A DNA stretch of 64,000 nucleotides, taken from positions 657-64,656 of the forward strand of contig JAVJTD010000261.1 in NCBI GenBank assembly GCA_040219065.1. The letters are read 5' to 3'. Within the stretch, counting starts at the first letter, position 1. Each line of letters starts with the position of its first letter. This DNA is from Planctomycetota bacterium. Its GTDB lineage: Bacteria; Planctomycetota; OFTM77. Both the position numbers and the translations under genes were made by a program. This document shows positions 37,871 to 46,708 of the stretch, in pieces. The notes below the pieces were generated by a model, which was not told where the DNA came from, searched no databases, and saw nothing but the letters and a program-made list of their open reading frames with translations.

Positions 37871-38815
37871 ATGATCTGGGTTGGAGCCACCATCTGTCTG
37901 CTCCTCATGACCGTAACGAGCCTGGCTCGTTACCATAAACTGCACAAGAGCTTGTGGAGTCTCGCCCACGTGGATGGTCCCGCCGGACCACCCGCCTGGT
38001 GGACTTCTCGAGATCCCATGGCCGGTGTACGCGACCGCCTCGTCGAGCTCGAGGCCGCCATCCGTGAACTGCGAACCCAAGAGCGAGAAAAGGACCAGTT
38101 CGTCTCCGAAGTGTCCCACGAGCTCAGGACGCCCCTCACCTCGATCCGCTCATTCACCGAGATCCTCCTCGCCCATCCGGACGACCGCGAGAATCGCGAA
38201 GAGTTCCTGGGCATCATCCGGGAGGAGAGCGAGCGATTGACCCGGATCCTCGATGATCTGCTCGATCTGGCGAAGATCCAGTCCCGGCGAGATGCGTTCG
38301 AGATGGTGGACGTCGATGCGCGTGAGCTGATTCGAGCGGCGACGTCGTCGGTGCGGGCCTTGGCCCATGAGCGCACCGTCGGGATCGACATCGAGTTCGC
38401 TCCTGAGGTCTCCCAGGTCCGCGGCGATCGGGACAAGCTCATGCAAGTCCTGGTGAATCTGCTGTCGAATGCCCTGAAGTTCTCGCAGCCGAACGCACGC
38501 ATCCGAGTGTTCGCGAAGGTCGACGAAGGCGCGATGATCACCGTGGCGGTCGAAGACGACGGCCCGGGAATCGCCTCCGCGGACCAGGAGCGGATCTTCG
38601 GCCGGTTCCAGCAGGTCCGGCACCCGGGTCTCCGCCGAGGAACTGGCCTGGGCCTGCCGATCTGCCGCGAGATCGTCCACCGCCACGGCGGCAGGATCTG
38701 GGTCGAGAGCGAGCCGGATCGCGGCAGCCGCTTCCTGTTCACGATTCCCTCCCCGAGTCGAGACCCTAGCCTCAGCAAGAGCCGCGGCCGCGAGGAGACC
38801 GCCATTCCCTGCTGA
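37871..38815 (+). CDS. sensor histidine kinase (HisKA + HATPase_c)
   Basis: H-box VSHELRTPLTSI, N/G boxes (LLSNALKFS, DDGPGI, GTGLGLPI); AAGGAG RBS before the ATG at 37871; ORF is open from 37832. Confidence 0.85.
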   Translation: MIWVGATICLLLMTVTSLARYHKLHKSLWSLAHVDGPAGPPAWWTSRDPMAGVRDRLVELEAAIRELRTQEREKDQFVSEVSHELRTPLTSIRSFTEILLAHPDDRENREEFLGIIREESERLTRILDDLLDLAKIQSRRDAFEMVDVDARELIRAATSSVRALAHERTVGIDIEFAPEVSQVRGDRDKLMQVLVNLLSNALKFSQPNARIRVFAKVDEGAMITVAVEDDGPGIASADQERIFGRFQQVRHPGLRRGTGLGLPICREIVHRHGGRIWVESEPDRGSRFLFTIPSPSRDPSLSKSRGREETAIPC

Positions 38816-39041
38816 TCCCCTCCCAGAGGCCAAGGCTCCGGACACCGCACGGGAGCTCGTCGCAACCCCAACCATGCGAGCTCGACGCTGCGGTCCGTCC
38901 GGTCGCCCCTCGCGCCTCAGTGGCCTCGCCCCGACGACTTATTCGCTTGGCGGCCTCATGGCCCTGTACTAGGCTGGCGCCCTCGTCGGCGACCGGGCTG
39001 CGGGCGCCGGTTTGCTCCTGACGACGGGCCAGGACGACTTC

Positions 39042-39803
39042 ATGAGACTCGAGAACAAGCGCGCCTTGATCACCGGTGCCGGCTCCGGCATCGGTGCCGC
39101 CATCGCCGAGCGATTCGCCAATGAAGGAGCGCACGTCGCCCTGCTCGGTCGGACGGAGGCCAAGCTCAAGACGATCCGCTCGCGGCTGCCCAAGGATCGG
39201 ACGGTCCAGGCGATCGTCTGCGACGTCTCGGATCCGAGTCAATGCGAGGCTGCCGTCCGTGAGACGGTCAGCGCTCTCTCGGGTCTCGACATCCTGGTGA
39301 ACAGCGCCGGGATCTTCCGGGGCGGTGGCGCGGACGAGCTGACCCTCGAAGACTTCGAGACAATGCTCCGCATCAACCTGACCGGGCCGCTCTGGCTCTC
39401 GAAGCTCGCCTTGGGTCCGATGCGCGAGGCCGGCGGCGGAGCCATCTTGAACATCAGCTCGACGCTCGCGCTGCGGCCCGTCCCCAGCTCCCTCGCCTAC
39501 AGCATCTCCAAGGCGGCGCTCGACATGATGACTCGCTGCCTCGCCCTGGATCACGGCGGCGAGGGGATCCGAGTCAACGCGATCAGCCCGGCCATCGTCG
39601 AGACGCCGATCCACGGCACGGTGATGCCCTCGGACGCCGTCGCGGAGATGTACGCTCAGATGGCGACCCATCACCCGCTCGGGCGCATCGGTCGCCCCGA
39701 CGACATCGCCGGCGCGGCCGTTCACTTGTGCTCGGACGAATCCTCCTGGACCACGGGCAGCGTGTTCGTCGTCGACGGCGGACTGTCCTTGGCCGGTCCC
39801 TGA
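39042..39803 (+). CDS. SDR-family oxidoreductase
   Basis: ALITGAGSGIGAAIA cofactor motif, catalytic SSTLALRP...YSISKAAL (YxxxK). Confidence 0.85.
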   Translation: MRLENKRALITGAGSGIGAAIAERFANEGAHVALLGRTEAKLKTIRSRLPKDRTVQAIVCDVSDPSQCEAAVRETVSALSGLDILVNSAGIFRGGGADELTLEDFETMLRINLTGPLWLSKLALGPMREAGGGAILNISSTLALRPVPSSLAYSISKAALDMMTRCLALDHGGEGIRVNAISPAIVETPIHGTVMPSDAVAEMYAQMATHHPLGRIGRPDDIAGAAVHLCSDESSWTTGSVFVVDGGLSLAGP

Positions 39804-39827
39804 CCCCTCGAAGAGGACGCGACGCGA

Positions 39828-40808
39828 ATGAGACCAAGGGGCCTTTCCGCCACCGTGGTGCTGTTGATTCTGCTGTGCATGGCGAGCTGCCAGAAGGAGA
39901 CGGACGATCGGTTCTCGGTGGCCCTGGTGACGCCGGGTACGAGCGACGATCGCGGTTGGAATGCCGGTGCGCACGACGGGCTCATCCTGATCGGCAGCGA
40001 GCTGGAGGCTCGAATCGCTCATCAGGTGGCGGCCGATTCCCAGCGGCAGAAGGAAGCCTTCGTGGACTTCGCTGAGGAAGGCTACGAGCTGGTCTTCGGC
40101 CACGGCTATGAGTTCCAGGCACACGCGCTCGAGATCTGCAAGAAGTACCCGGATACGATCTTCATCTCGACATCGGGAGACCAGTCGGGACCGAACTTCG
40201 CCCCCATCCGATTTCGCATCGAAGAGGCGACTTACTTGCTCGGCTACCTCGGGGCACGCCTATCGAAGTCCGGACAGATCGCGGCCGTCGGTGGCTTGAG
40301 CATTCCCTCAATTGAAAGCTCCTTCAAAGCCTACGCCGCCGGTGCGAAGGCCGCGCGAGAGGACATTCGCGTCACCACGAGCTACGTCGGGAGCTTCGAC
40401 GACATCAGCTCCGCGCGCGAGTCGACCTTGGCCTTGCTCGAGAGCGGCTGCGACATCATCTTCCAGAACGCCAACCAGGCCGGACTGGGCGTCTTCAAGG
40501 CCGTTCAGGAGCATGGCCAGGGGGCCCGCGCCTTCGGCTCCAATGTCGACCAGACCGACGTCGCTCCGAAGGTGATCCTCGCCAGCGCCGTTCTCGGCAT
40601 CCCCGAAGCGCTGCTCCAGGTCGCTCGCGACGTCCGAGATGGACAGTTCAAGCCGGAGCCGAGGGAGCTCGATCTCACCGGAGGGATCGTCTCCGTCGCG
40701 TTCAACCCGGCTCTCGAGGGCGAGATCTCGCCCCAGTTACGCTCAGACTTCGAGGATCTCCGGAAGCGGATCCTGAGTGGCGAGGTGAAGGTTCCCTCGG
40801 GCTTCTGA
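39828..40808 (+). CDS. BMP-family (PnrA/Med/TmpC) ABC-transporter substrate-binding lipoprotein, probable nucleoside binding
   Basis: Lipobox LLCMASC; BMP-family conserved segments (VALVTPGTSDDRGWN, IAAVGGLSIPSI, DIIFQNANQAGLGV). Confidence 0.8.
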   Translation: MRPRGLSATVVLLILLCMASCQKETDDRFSVALVTPGTSDDRGWNAGAHDGLILIGSELEARIAHQVAADSQRQKEAFVDFAEEGYELVFGHGYEFQAHALEICKKYPDTIFISTSGDQSGPNFAPIRFRIEEATYLLGYLGARLSKSGQIAAVGGLSIPSIESSFKAYAAGAKAAREDIRVTTSYVGSFDDISSARESTLALLESGCDIIFQNANQAGLGVFKAVQEHGQGARAFGSNVDQTDVAPKVILASAVLGIPEALLQVARDVRDGQFKPEPRELDLTGGIVSVAFNPALEGEISPQLRSDFEDLRKRILSGEVKVPSGF

Positions 40809-40833
40809 AAGGGCGAGTCGGTGAGCTGAGACC

Positions 40834-42369
40834 GTGCTCCTGCGATTCGAGAACGTCTCCCGCGACTTTGGCCCGGTCCGAGCCCTCCGCTCGGTCTCGC
40901 TATCCGTCCGAGCCGGGGAGATCGTCGCGCTCCTCGGGGAGAACGGAGCCGGCAAGTCGACGCTCATGCACATCGTGGCCGGTCTCGACACGCCGACGGC
41001 TGGCCGGATCCTGATCGAGGATCGCGAGCAGACGATCGACTCGCCCCGCCGCGCCGCCGCTCTCGGGATCGGCCTCGTGTCCCAGCATTTCGCGCTCGCT
41101 CCCGCCTTGACGGCCGCCGAGAACTACGAGCTCTTCCTTCGCGCCGCACCCCGCCTTTATCGCAAGGAGCGAATCGAGGAGCGCCTCTCGCGCGACGCCG
41201 ACGAGTACGGTCTCCCGATCTCGAGCCATCGGCTGGTCCGCGACCTCGCCGTCGGAGATCGGCAGCGGCTGGAGATCCTCAAGGCGCTCGGTCAGAGCAG
41301 CCGGCTGCTCATCCTCGACGAGCCGACGGCCGCACTCACCCCGGCCGAGTTCGGCGAGCTCGCCCGGGTGCTCCGCGACCTCCGGAGCTCGGGGACGGCC
41401 ATCGTCTTCATCAGCCACAAGCTTTCCGAGGTCCTCCAGCTCGCCGACCGGATCGCCATCCTTCGCCAAGGCGAGCTCGTCGGTGAGCGCTCACCCGCCG
41501 ACACCGACGCCTCCGAGCTGGCCCGCCTGATGGTCGGCGAGGATCTTCCGCCGCCGCTCGCTCGCGACGAGCACGAGCCTTCGTCGGTGCGGCTCTGTGT
41601 ACGGGATCTGCGGGTCGCGCGCGAGCGCGGCCGTGAGCTCCACGTGCCCACACTCGACCTTCGGGGCGGTGAGATCCTCGGCGTGGCGGGGATCGACGGC
41701 AACGGTCAGGACGAGCTCTTCGAAGCGTTGAGTGGTGAGCGGACACGGACGGCCGAGACGCTCGAGATCGAAGGGCAGGACGCACGCGCTTGGGACGTGA
41801 ATCAAAGAGCCCGCGCCGGCGTGGGGGCGATTCCGGGTGATCGGCACCGGCGAGGATTGGTGCTCGGGATGACCGCGGCGGAGAATCTCTTCCTGCGCGG
41901 GGTTCCGAAGGGCCTGACCGATCTCCGGCCGAGACTCTTGCGATGGATCCCGGGGACGCTCTCCCGGCGCCGACTGATCGAGCACGCCCGTCCCCTGCTG
42001 TCCCGATTTCGCGTGCGCGGTGATGCCGCCTCACCCGTGAGCAGCCTCTCGGGAGGCAACCAGCAGAAGGTCGTCCTCGCGCGGGAGCTCCTTCGCGAGC
42101 CGCGCATCCTCTTGGCCCACAGCCCGACACGCGGCGTCGATGTCGCCGGTGCCGCCTTCATCCACGAGCAGCTCGCCCGGCGTCGCCGAGAGGGCTGCGC
42201 CATCCTGCTCGTCTCCACGGACCTCGACGAGATCCTGAAGCTGTCGGATCGGATCGCGGTGCTCTCGGAAGGGCGCTGGCGGGGGATCCCGCGAGGTCCG
42301 GGCGAGCGCACGCTCCTCGGCCATGCCCTGGGAGGCGCTGAGGTCCCCGATGAAGGTGTGAAGTCATGA
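40834..42369 (+). CDS. ABC transporter ATP-binding protein with duplicated ABC domains (nucleoside/sugar type)
   Basis: Two Walker A / signature / Walker B sets (GENGAGKST ... LAVGDRQRLEILKAL ... LILDEPT; second: GIDGNGQDELF, LSGGNQQKVVLAREL). Confidence 0.88.
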   Translation: MLLRFENVSRDFGPVRALRSVSLSVRAGEIVALLGENGAGKSTLMHIVAGLDTPTAGRILIEDREQTIDSPRRAAALGIGLVSQHFALAPALTAAENYELFLRAAPRLYRKERIEERLSRDADEYGLPISSHRLVRDLAVGDRQRLEILKALGQSSRLLILDEPTAALTPAEFGELARVLRDLRSSGTAIVFISHKLSEVLQLADRIAILRQGELVGERSPADTDASELARLMVGEDLPPPLARDEHEPSSVRLCVRDLRVARERGRELHVPTLDLRGGEILGVAGIDGNGQDELFEALSGERTRTAETLEIEGQDARAWDVNQRARAGVGAIPGDRHRRGLVLGMTAAENLFLRGVPKGLTDLRPRLLRWIPGTLSRRRLIEHARPLLSRFRVRGDAASPVSSLSGGNQQKVVLARELLREPRILLAHSPTRGVDVAGAAFIHEQLARRRREGCAILLVSTDLDEILKLSDRIAVLSEGRWRGIPRGPGERTLLGHALGGAEVPDEGVKS

Positions 42370-43376
42370 AGCTCGACGCTCGCCACTTCCGAGCGGCCGC
42401 ACTCGCTGGCTTGCCCCTCGCCGTCTTGGGCGCCCTGCTCGAGGCGACGGGTTACTCCTCGATCGCCGCCGCGCGAGCGCTGCTCGAAGGCGCCTTCGGC
42501 AGCCCATACGCCTTCGAAGGCACGCTCCTGCGTACAGTCCCACTCCTCTTCTGCGGAATGGCTGTCGCCCTGTGCTTTCGAGCGGGCCTGTGGAACATCG
42601 GCGCAGAAGGTCAGCTCCTCGCCGGCGCGCTGGCGGCCACCGCCGCGGGAACTCGGCTACCCGACATGCCTCTTTGGATCCTGCTGCCGCTGTGCCTCGC
42701 CGCAGGCGCTTTGGCGGGAGGCCTGGTCGGCGGTCTGGCGGGCGGGCTCCGGGCCTGGCGCGGAGTGCCCGAGGTCGTCTCGACGCTGATGCTGAACTTC
42801 GTCTTGCTCCAAACCGTGTCCTGGGCGGTGCACGGCCCGCTGAAGGAGACGAGCGGTGCCTACCCACAGAGCGACGTCCTCGACGTGCTCCTGCCGCGGA
42901 TCGGGGACGGGCGAGTGCACCTCGGGTTGGCGATCGCCTTGATCGTGACGGTGCTCCTCGAGGTGGTGCTCTTCTCGTCGACGCTCGGCTTCCGCCTGCG
43001 GATGTTCGGCCTGAGCCCGGACGCGGCGATCACCGCCGGGCAGCGAGCCAAGCCGCTCGTCATCGGCCTGATGTTCGCCGCGGGAGCGTGCGCCGGACTG
43101 GGAGGAAGCATCGAGGTGCTCGGTGTGACGGGGCGACTCTTCGAGGGCTTTTCGCCGGGCTACGGCTACAGCGCGATCGCGGTCGCCCTGCTCGGACGGC
43201 TCCGCCCGAGCGCCATCCTGGCGGCGGCCTTCCTCTTCGGCGCGCTCGAGTCGGGTGCCGGTCGCATGCAGCGCTCGGCGGGGGTCCCGGCCTCGCTCAC
43301 CTATCTCGCCGAAGGCTTGATCTTGATCACCGTCCTCTGGATGCGCGCCGATCGCTCGAAGGAGGTCCGAGCATGA
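42366..43376 (+). CDS. ABC transporter permease (BMP-system inner-membrane subunit)
   Basis: 336-aa polytopic protein, ATGA overlaps on both sides. Confidence 0.8.
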   Translation: MKLDARHFRAAALAGLPLAVLGALLEATGYSSIAAARALLEGAFGSPYAFEGTLLRTVPLLFCGMAVALCFRAGLWNIGAEGQLLAGALAATAAGTRLPDMPLWILLPLCLAAGALAGGLVGGLAGGLRAWRGVPEVVSTLMLNFVLLQTVSWAVHGPLKETSGAYPQSDVLDVLLPRIGDGRVHLGLAIALIVTVLLEVVLFSSTLGFRLRMFGLSPDAAITAGQRAKPLVIGLMFAAGACAGLGGSIEVLGVTGRLFEGFSPGYGYSAIAVALLGRLRPSAILAAAFLFGALESGAGRMQRSAGVPASLTYLAEGLILITVLWMRADRSKEVRA

Positions 43377-44344
43377 GCGCTTTGACCTTCGCCGAAGACT
43401 CGCTCGCCGCGTCCATCCGACTCGGCACACCGCTCCTCTTCGCGGCGCTGGGCGAGATGTTCGTGCAACGCTCGGGCGTGCTCAACATCGGGATCGAGGG
43501 CTTGATGCTGACCTCGGCCTTCTCGGGAGTCGTCGCCACCGACCAGTTCATCGCCGCCGGTTGGCCAGCAGAAGCGGCGCTCGCCGCCGGCGTGCTCCTC
43601 GCCATCGTCTCCGGGCTCTTCTTCTCGTCGGCGTTCGCGGCGATGACCGTCGTCGGTCGGAGGGACCAGATCGTTGCCGGCATGGCCCTCAACCTGGCGG
43701 CCCTCGGCCTCACCGGAACCTTGCATCGAGCCCTCTTCCTGGACACCGGTCGCCTCCTGTCGGTCCCGACATTCCCGCCTCTCGCGATCCCCGGGCTGGT
43801 CGATCTCCCCTTGATCGGACGCGCCTTCGACCAGAGCCTGCTCGTGTACCTCGCGGCACTCACCGTTCCCATTGCCGTGATCGTTCTCTTTCGAAGCCGA
43901 CTCGGGCTCTGGATCCGAGCCGCCGGCGAGAACCCGCTAGCCCTCGATGCGGCCGGGATCTCGGTCTCGCGGGTGCGCTTCGGGGCGGTGCTGATCGGCG
44001 GCGCACTCGCCGGACTCGCCGGTGCGACGCTCACCCTCGGCGACGCGAGCAGCTTCGCGGAGAACATGACGGCCGGCCGAGGGTTCATCGCATTGGCGGT
44101 CGTCATCTTCGGTCGTTGGCATCCGGGCTGGATCGCCGCCGTGGCCCTGTTCTTCGGAGCTGCGAACGCCGCGCAGTTCCGCCTGCAGGCGCTCGGTCTC
44201 GAAGGGCTCCCCCATCAGGCGCTCCTCGCCTTGCCATACCTCGCCAGCCTCGTGGCCCTCGCCTGGAGCGGCGGTCGGCCCGGTGCCGCGCCGTCGATGC
44301 TCGGACGTCCTTATCGTCGCGGGGAGCGCGAGCGCGAGACGTGA
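43373..44344 (+). CDS. ABC transporter permease (second subunit)
   Basis: Starts MSALTF within composite ORF 42572..44344; hydrophobic helices, EAA-like loop region. Confidence 0.8.
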   Translation: MSALTFAEDSLAASIRLGTPLLFAALGEMFVQRSGVLNIGIEGLMLTSAFSGVVATDQFIAAGWPAEAALAAGVLLAIVSGLFFSSAFAAMTVVGRRDQIVAGMALNLAALGLTGTLHRALFLDTGRLLSVPTFPPLAIPGLVDLPLIGRAFDQSLLVYLAALTVPIAVIVLFRSRLGLWIRAAGENPLALDAAGISVSRVRFGAVLIGGALAGLAGATLTLGDASSFAENMTAGRGFIALAVVIFGRWHPGWIAAVALFFGAANAAQFRLQALGLEGLPHQALLALPYLASLVALAWSGGRPGAAPSMLGRPYRRGERERET

Positions 44345-44536
44345 GGGCGCCGACCTATGATCCCTGGTTGTCCTTGAATCGCAGGACCGAGTCCCGTCGA
44401 AGGAGAAGCCGGTTCCGGGTCGCTGGCTGGCGAGTCGCGTGGTCTTGTTTTATGTTCGGCCCCGATCCGATCTGGCGGAAAGCTCCTGAACGTTCAGTCC
44501 GAGGGGACCGCCTGCCTGAGCTGGGACTCGTGTGAC

Positions 44537-44974
44537 TTGAGCCCGTCCGAAACCCGACCGACCTATCTGACGCGTCGCCTTCGATTCTCGGCCGCGCATC
44601 GGTATCACCATCCGGAGCTTTCCGACGAGGAGAACCGCCGGATCTTCGGGGCGTGTAACAACCGCTATGGTCACGGGCACAACTACGAGCTCGAGGTGAC
44701 CGTGGTCGGTCCGGTGGATCCGGTGACGGGCATGGTGATGAACTTGGTCGACCTCGACCAGTTGCTCCAGCGCGAGATCGTGACCCGCTTCGATCATCGG
44801 CACATCAATCACGAGGTCGAAGGCTTCGACACCTGTGTCCCGACGACCGAGAACCTCGCCGCTCGGATGTGGAAGCTGCTCGAGCTCGAGCTCCCAGAAC
44901 ATTGCCGCCTTCATCGCATCCGGCTCTACGAGGATCCGGATCTCTACGTCGATTGCTATGGAGATCGTTCTTGA
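44537..44974 (+). CDS. queD: 6-carboxy-5,6,7,8-tetrahydropterin synthase (QueD/PTPS family)
   Basis: RFSAAHRY...[17 protein letters not shown] (Cys-x5-HGH QueD-type zinc/catalytic motif) ... DHRHINHEV. Confidence 0.8.
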   Translation: MSPSETRPTYLTRRLRFSAAHRYHHPELSDEENRRIFGACNNRYGHGHNYELEVTVVGPVDPVTGMVMNLVDLDQLLQREIVTRFDHRHINHEVEGFDTCVPTTENLAARMWKLLELELPEHCRLHRIRLYEDPDLYVDCYGDRS

Positions 44975-45639
44975 TGAGCGACACCGAACGCCGATCCTCC
45001 GACGCCGATTCCGATCACACGGATTGGCCGTTCGAATTGCCCCCTCTCGAGCCCTACGAGACGACCGAGGGCAATCGACTCGGCCTGATGGATGCCGTTT
45101 CGACCATGCTGGGGGGCATCGGTGAAGACGCGAGCCGGGACGGCTTGATCAAGACGCCGCTCCGGGTGGCCAAGGCGATGATGTTCCTCACGAAGGGGTA
45201 CCGCGAAGACCCCGCCGAGATCATCAACGGCGCGATCTTCGAAGAGGACTGCGAGGAGATGGTCCTGGTGAAGGACATCGACTTCTTCAGCCTCTGCGAG
45301 CATCACCTCCTGCCGTTCTTCGGCAAGGCGCACGTGGCCTACATCCCCAACAAGAAGATCCTGGGCTTGAGCAAGATGGCGCGCATCGTCGAGGTGTTCG
45401 CCCGGCGCCTCCAAGTTCAAGAGCGCCTGACGCGGCAGATCGCCAAGACACTCGAACAGCACCTCAAGCCCCGCGGCGTCGCGGTCGTCATCGAGGGCCA
45501 GCACCTTTGCATGCAGATGCGCGGCGTCGAGAAGCAGAACTCCGTCGCGGTGACATCCTCGATCCTCGGCCTGTTCCGCACCTGCGCCGACACGAGGGCC
45601 GAGTTCATGAACCTGATCGGTCACCCCGGACGCCGCTGA
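44974..45639 (+). CDS. folE: GTP cyclohydrolase I (FolE type I)
   Basis: Internal ATG (MSDTERR) overlapping the queD stop (TGATG); conserved [21 protein letters not shown] and [15 protein letters not shown] motifs. Confidence 0.9.
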   Translation: MSDTERRSSDADSDHTDWPFELPPLEPYETTEGNRLGLMDAVSTMLGGIGEDASRDGLIKTPLRVAKAMMFLTKGYREDPAEIINGAIFEEDCEEMVLVKDIDFFSLCEHHLLPFFGKAHVAYIPNKKILGLSKMARIVEVFARRLQVQERLTRQIAKTLEQHLKPRGVAVVIEGQHLCMQMRGVEKQNSVAVTSSILGLFRTCADTRAEFMNLIGHPGRR

Positions 45640-46096
45640 GCCGGACATCAAAGGAGTGCCCAAACCGAGCGAGCCGGTGACCGAGTCTCTTGGAGAGGGC
45701 TCTCCCGAGCGAGCTTGGGCCGGGGCGCGTCGGACGACGGCAGGTGCGGGCCACGGAGCTTCGGATCTGAGGTCTGGGCCTCTCCGAGGTGCCCGGATAG
45801 AGGACACGGAGACCGGCTGAAGCCGGCGGTCCGAATGCGGCCGGTTTCAGCTCAGGAGCCGCTCCCCGTTTCGGTCGCGCGGGCTTTGGTTTGGTTGTGC
45901 GGGCTCCGGTTTCAGTCCAGCCCCGACCCCGGCAGCGGACCGCCGGAGCAGACTGTGGTGAGACTGGCCGCTTCAGGCCACCTCCCGGCTGAAGCCGGGG
46001 AACCAACCCGACTGAAGTCGGGGGATACAGGGATTCCCGCTGAGCCGGTTTCAGCTCAGGAGCCGATTCCCGTTTCGGTCGCGCGGGCTCTGGTGA
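45640..46096. repeat. mosaic intergenic repeat locus 2
   Basis: Contains unit ggagtgcccaaaccgagcgagccggtgaccgagtctcttggagagggctctcccgagcgagcttgggccggggc plus modules ggccacggagcttcggatctgaggtctgggcc, gagaccggctgaagccggcggtccgaatgcgg and a duplicated gtttcagctcaggagccg..cccgtttcggtcgcgcgggct; fills the whole folE / ECF-sigma convergent spacer. Confidence 0.85.
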
Positions 46097-46666
46097 TCAA
46101 TCACCGAGTCGCTGGCGGAGCCAGGCGCGGGCCATGCTCCAGTCGTTGCGGACGGTGCGCTCGGAGACTTGCAGGGCGATTGCGATGGCCGGCTCGGTCA
46201 GGCCGCCGAAGAACTTCAGCTCGACGACTTTCGCCGCGCGCTCGTCCATCTCGGCGAGGTCCGTCAGTGCTTCATCGAGCGCCTCGAGGTCGAAGTCCTG
46301 GCTGGCTCCGGACAGCTCGCTCAACGTGACCCGCTCCCAACCGCCGCCGCGCTTGGCCGCTCGGCGACTCCGGAGATGATCGATCAGGATCTGCCGCATG
46401 ACCGTCGCGGCGACCGCCCGGAAGTGCGTCTGATCGTTGAAGTCGTCCACCGCGTGATCGACCAACTTCAAGAACGCCTCGTGCACCAAGGCCGTCGGCT
46501 GGATCGTCAACTCGCCGCCGCGTCCCATGTATCGCTGCGCCAGCTCGCGCAGCTCCTCGTAGAGCCGAGGCGTCAGACGGCGAGACGCGGACTCGTCACC
46601 GGCCTCGATCGCGGCCAGGATCTCACGGACGTCTTCGCTCAAAGGGCACCTCCGCCTCGGGGACAA
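46097..46666 (-). CDS. ECF-family RNA polymerase sigma factor (start uncertain; ORF open to 47212)
   Basis: Region 2 (RRLTPRLYEELRELAQRYMGRGGELTIQPTALVHEAFLKLVD) and region 4 (VVELKFFGGLTEPAIAIALQVSERTVRNDW); candidate TTG start at ~46666, upstream of LSEDVREIL. Confidence 0.75.
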   Translation of the reverse strand: MSPRRRCPLSEDVREILAAIEAGDESASRRLTPRLYEELRELAQRYMGRGGELTIQPTALVHEAFLKLVDHAVDDFNDQTHFRAVAATVMRQILIDHLRSRRAAKRGGGWERVTLSELSGASQDFDLEALDEALTDLAEMDERAAKVVELKFFGGLTEPAIAIALQVSERTVRNDWSMARAWLRQRLGD

Positions 46667-46708
46667 TTGAACCGGCGTCCATGATGAGGTCCAATCGAGC
46701 GATTCACA

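Noticed and set aside
37693-37873. 59-aa upstream ORF whose TGA overlaps the histidine-kinase ATG
   Set aside because: Below the size cut-off, no homology; the AAGGAG RBS for the kinase lies inside it; likely fortuitous.
38772-40124. 450-aa minus-strand ORF
   Set aside because: Antisense across the SDR and BMP lipoprotein genes.
42572-44344. 590-aa plus-strand ORF
   Set aside because: Chimeric: first ~265 codons are an out-of-frame read through the first permease; only the part from MSALTF (43373) is the second permease.
44344-44537. Possible preQ1/THF riboswitch upstream of queD-folE
   Set aside because: Could not recognise either consensus by eye in this spacer; left unannotated.
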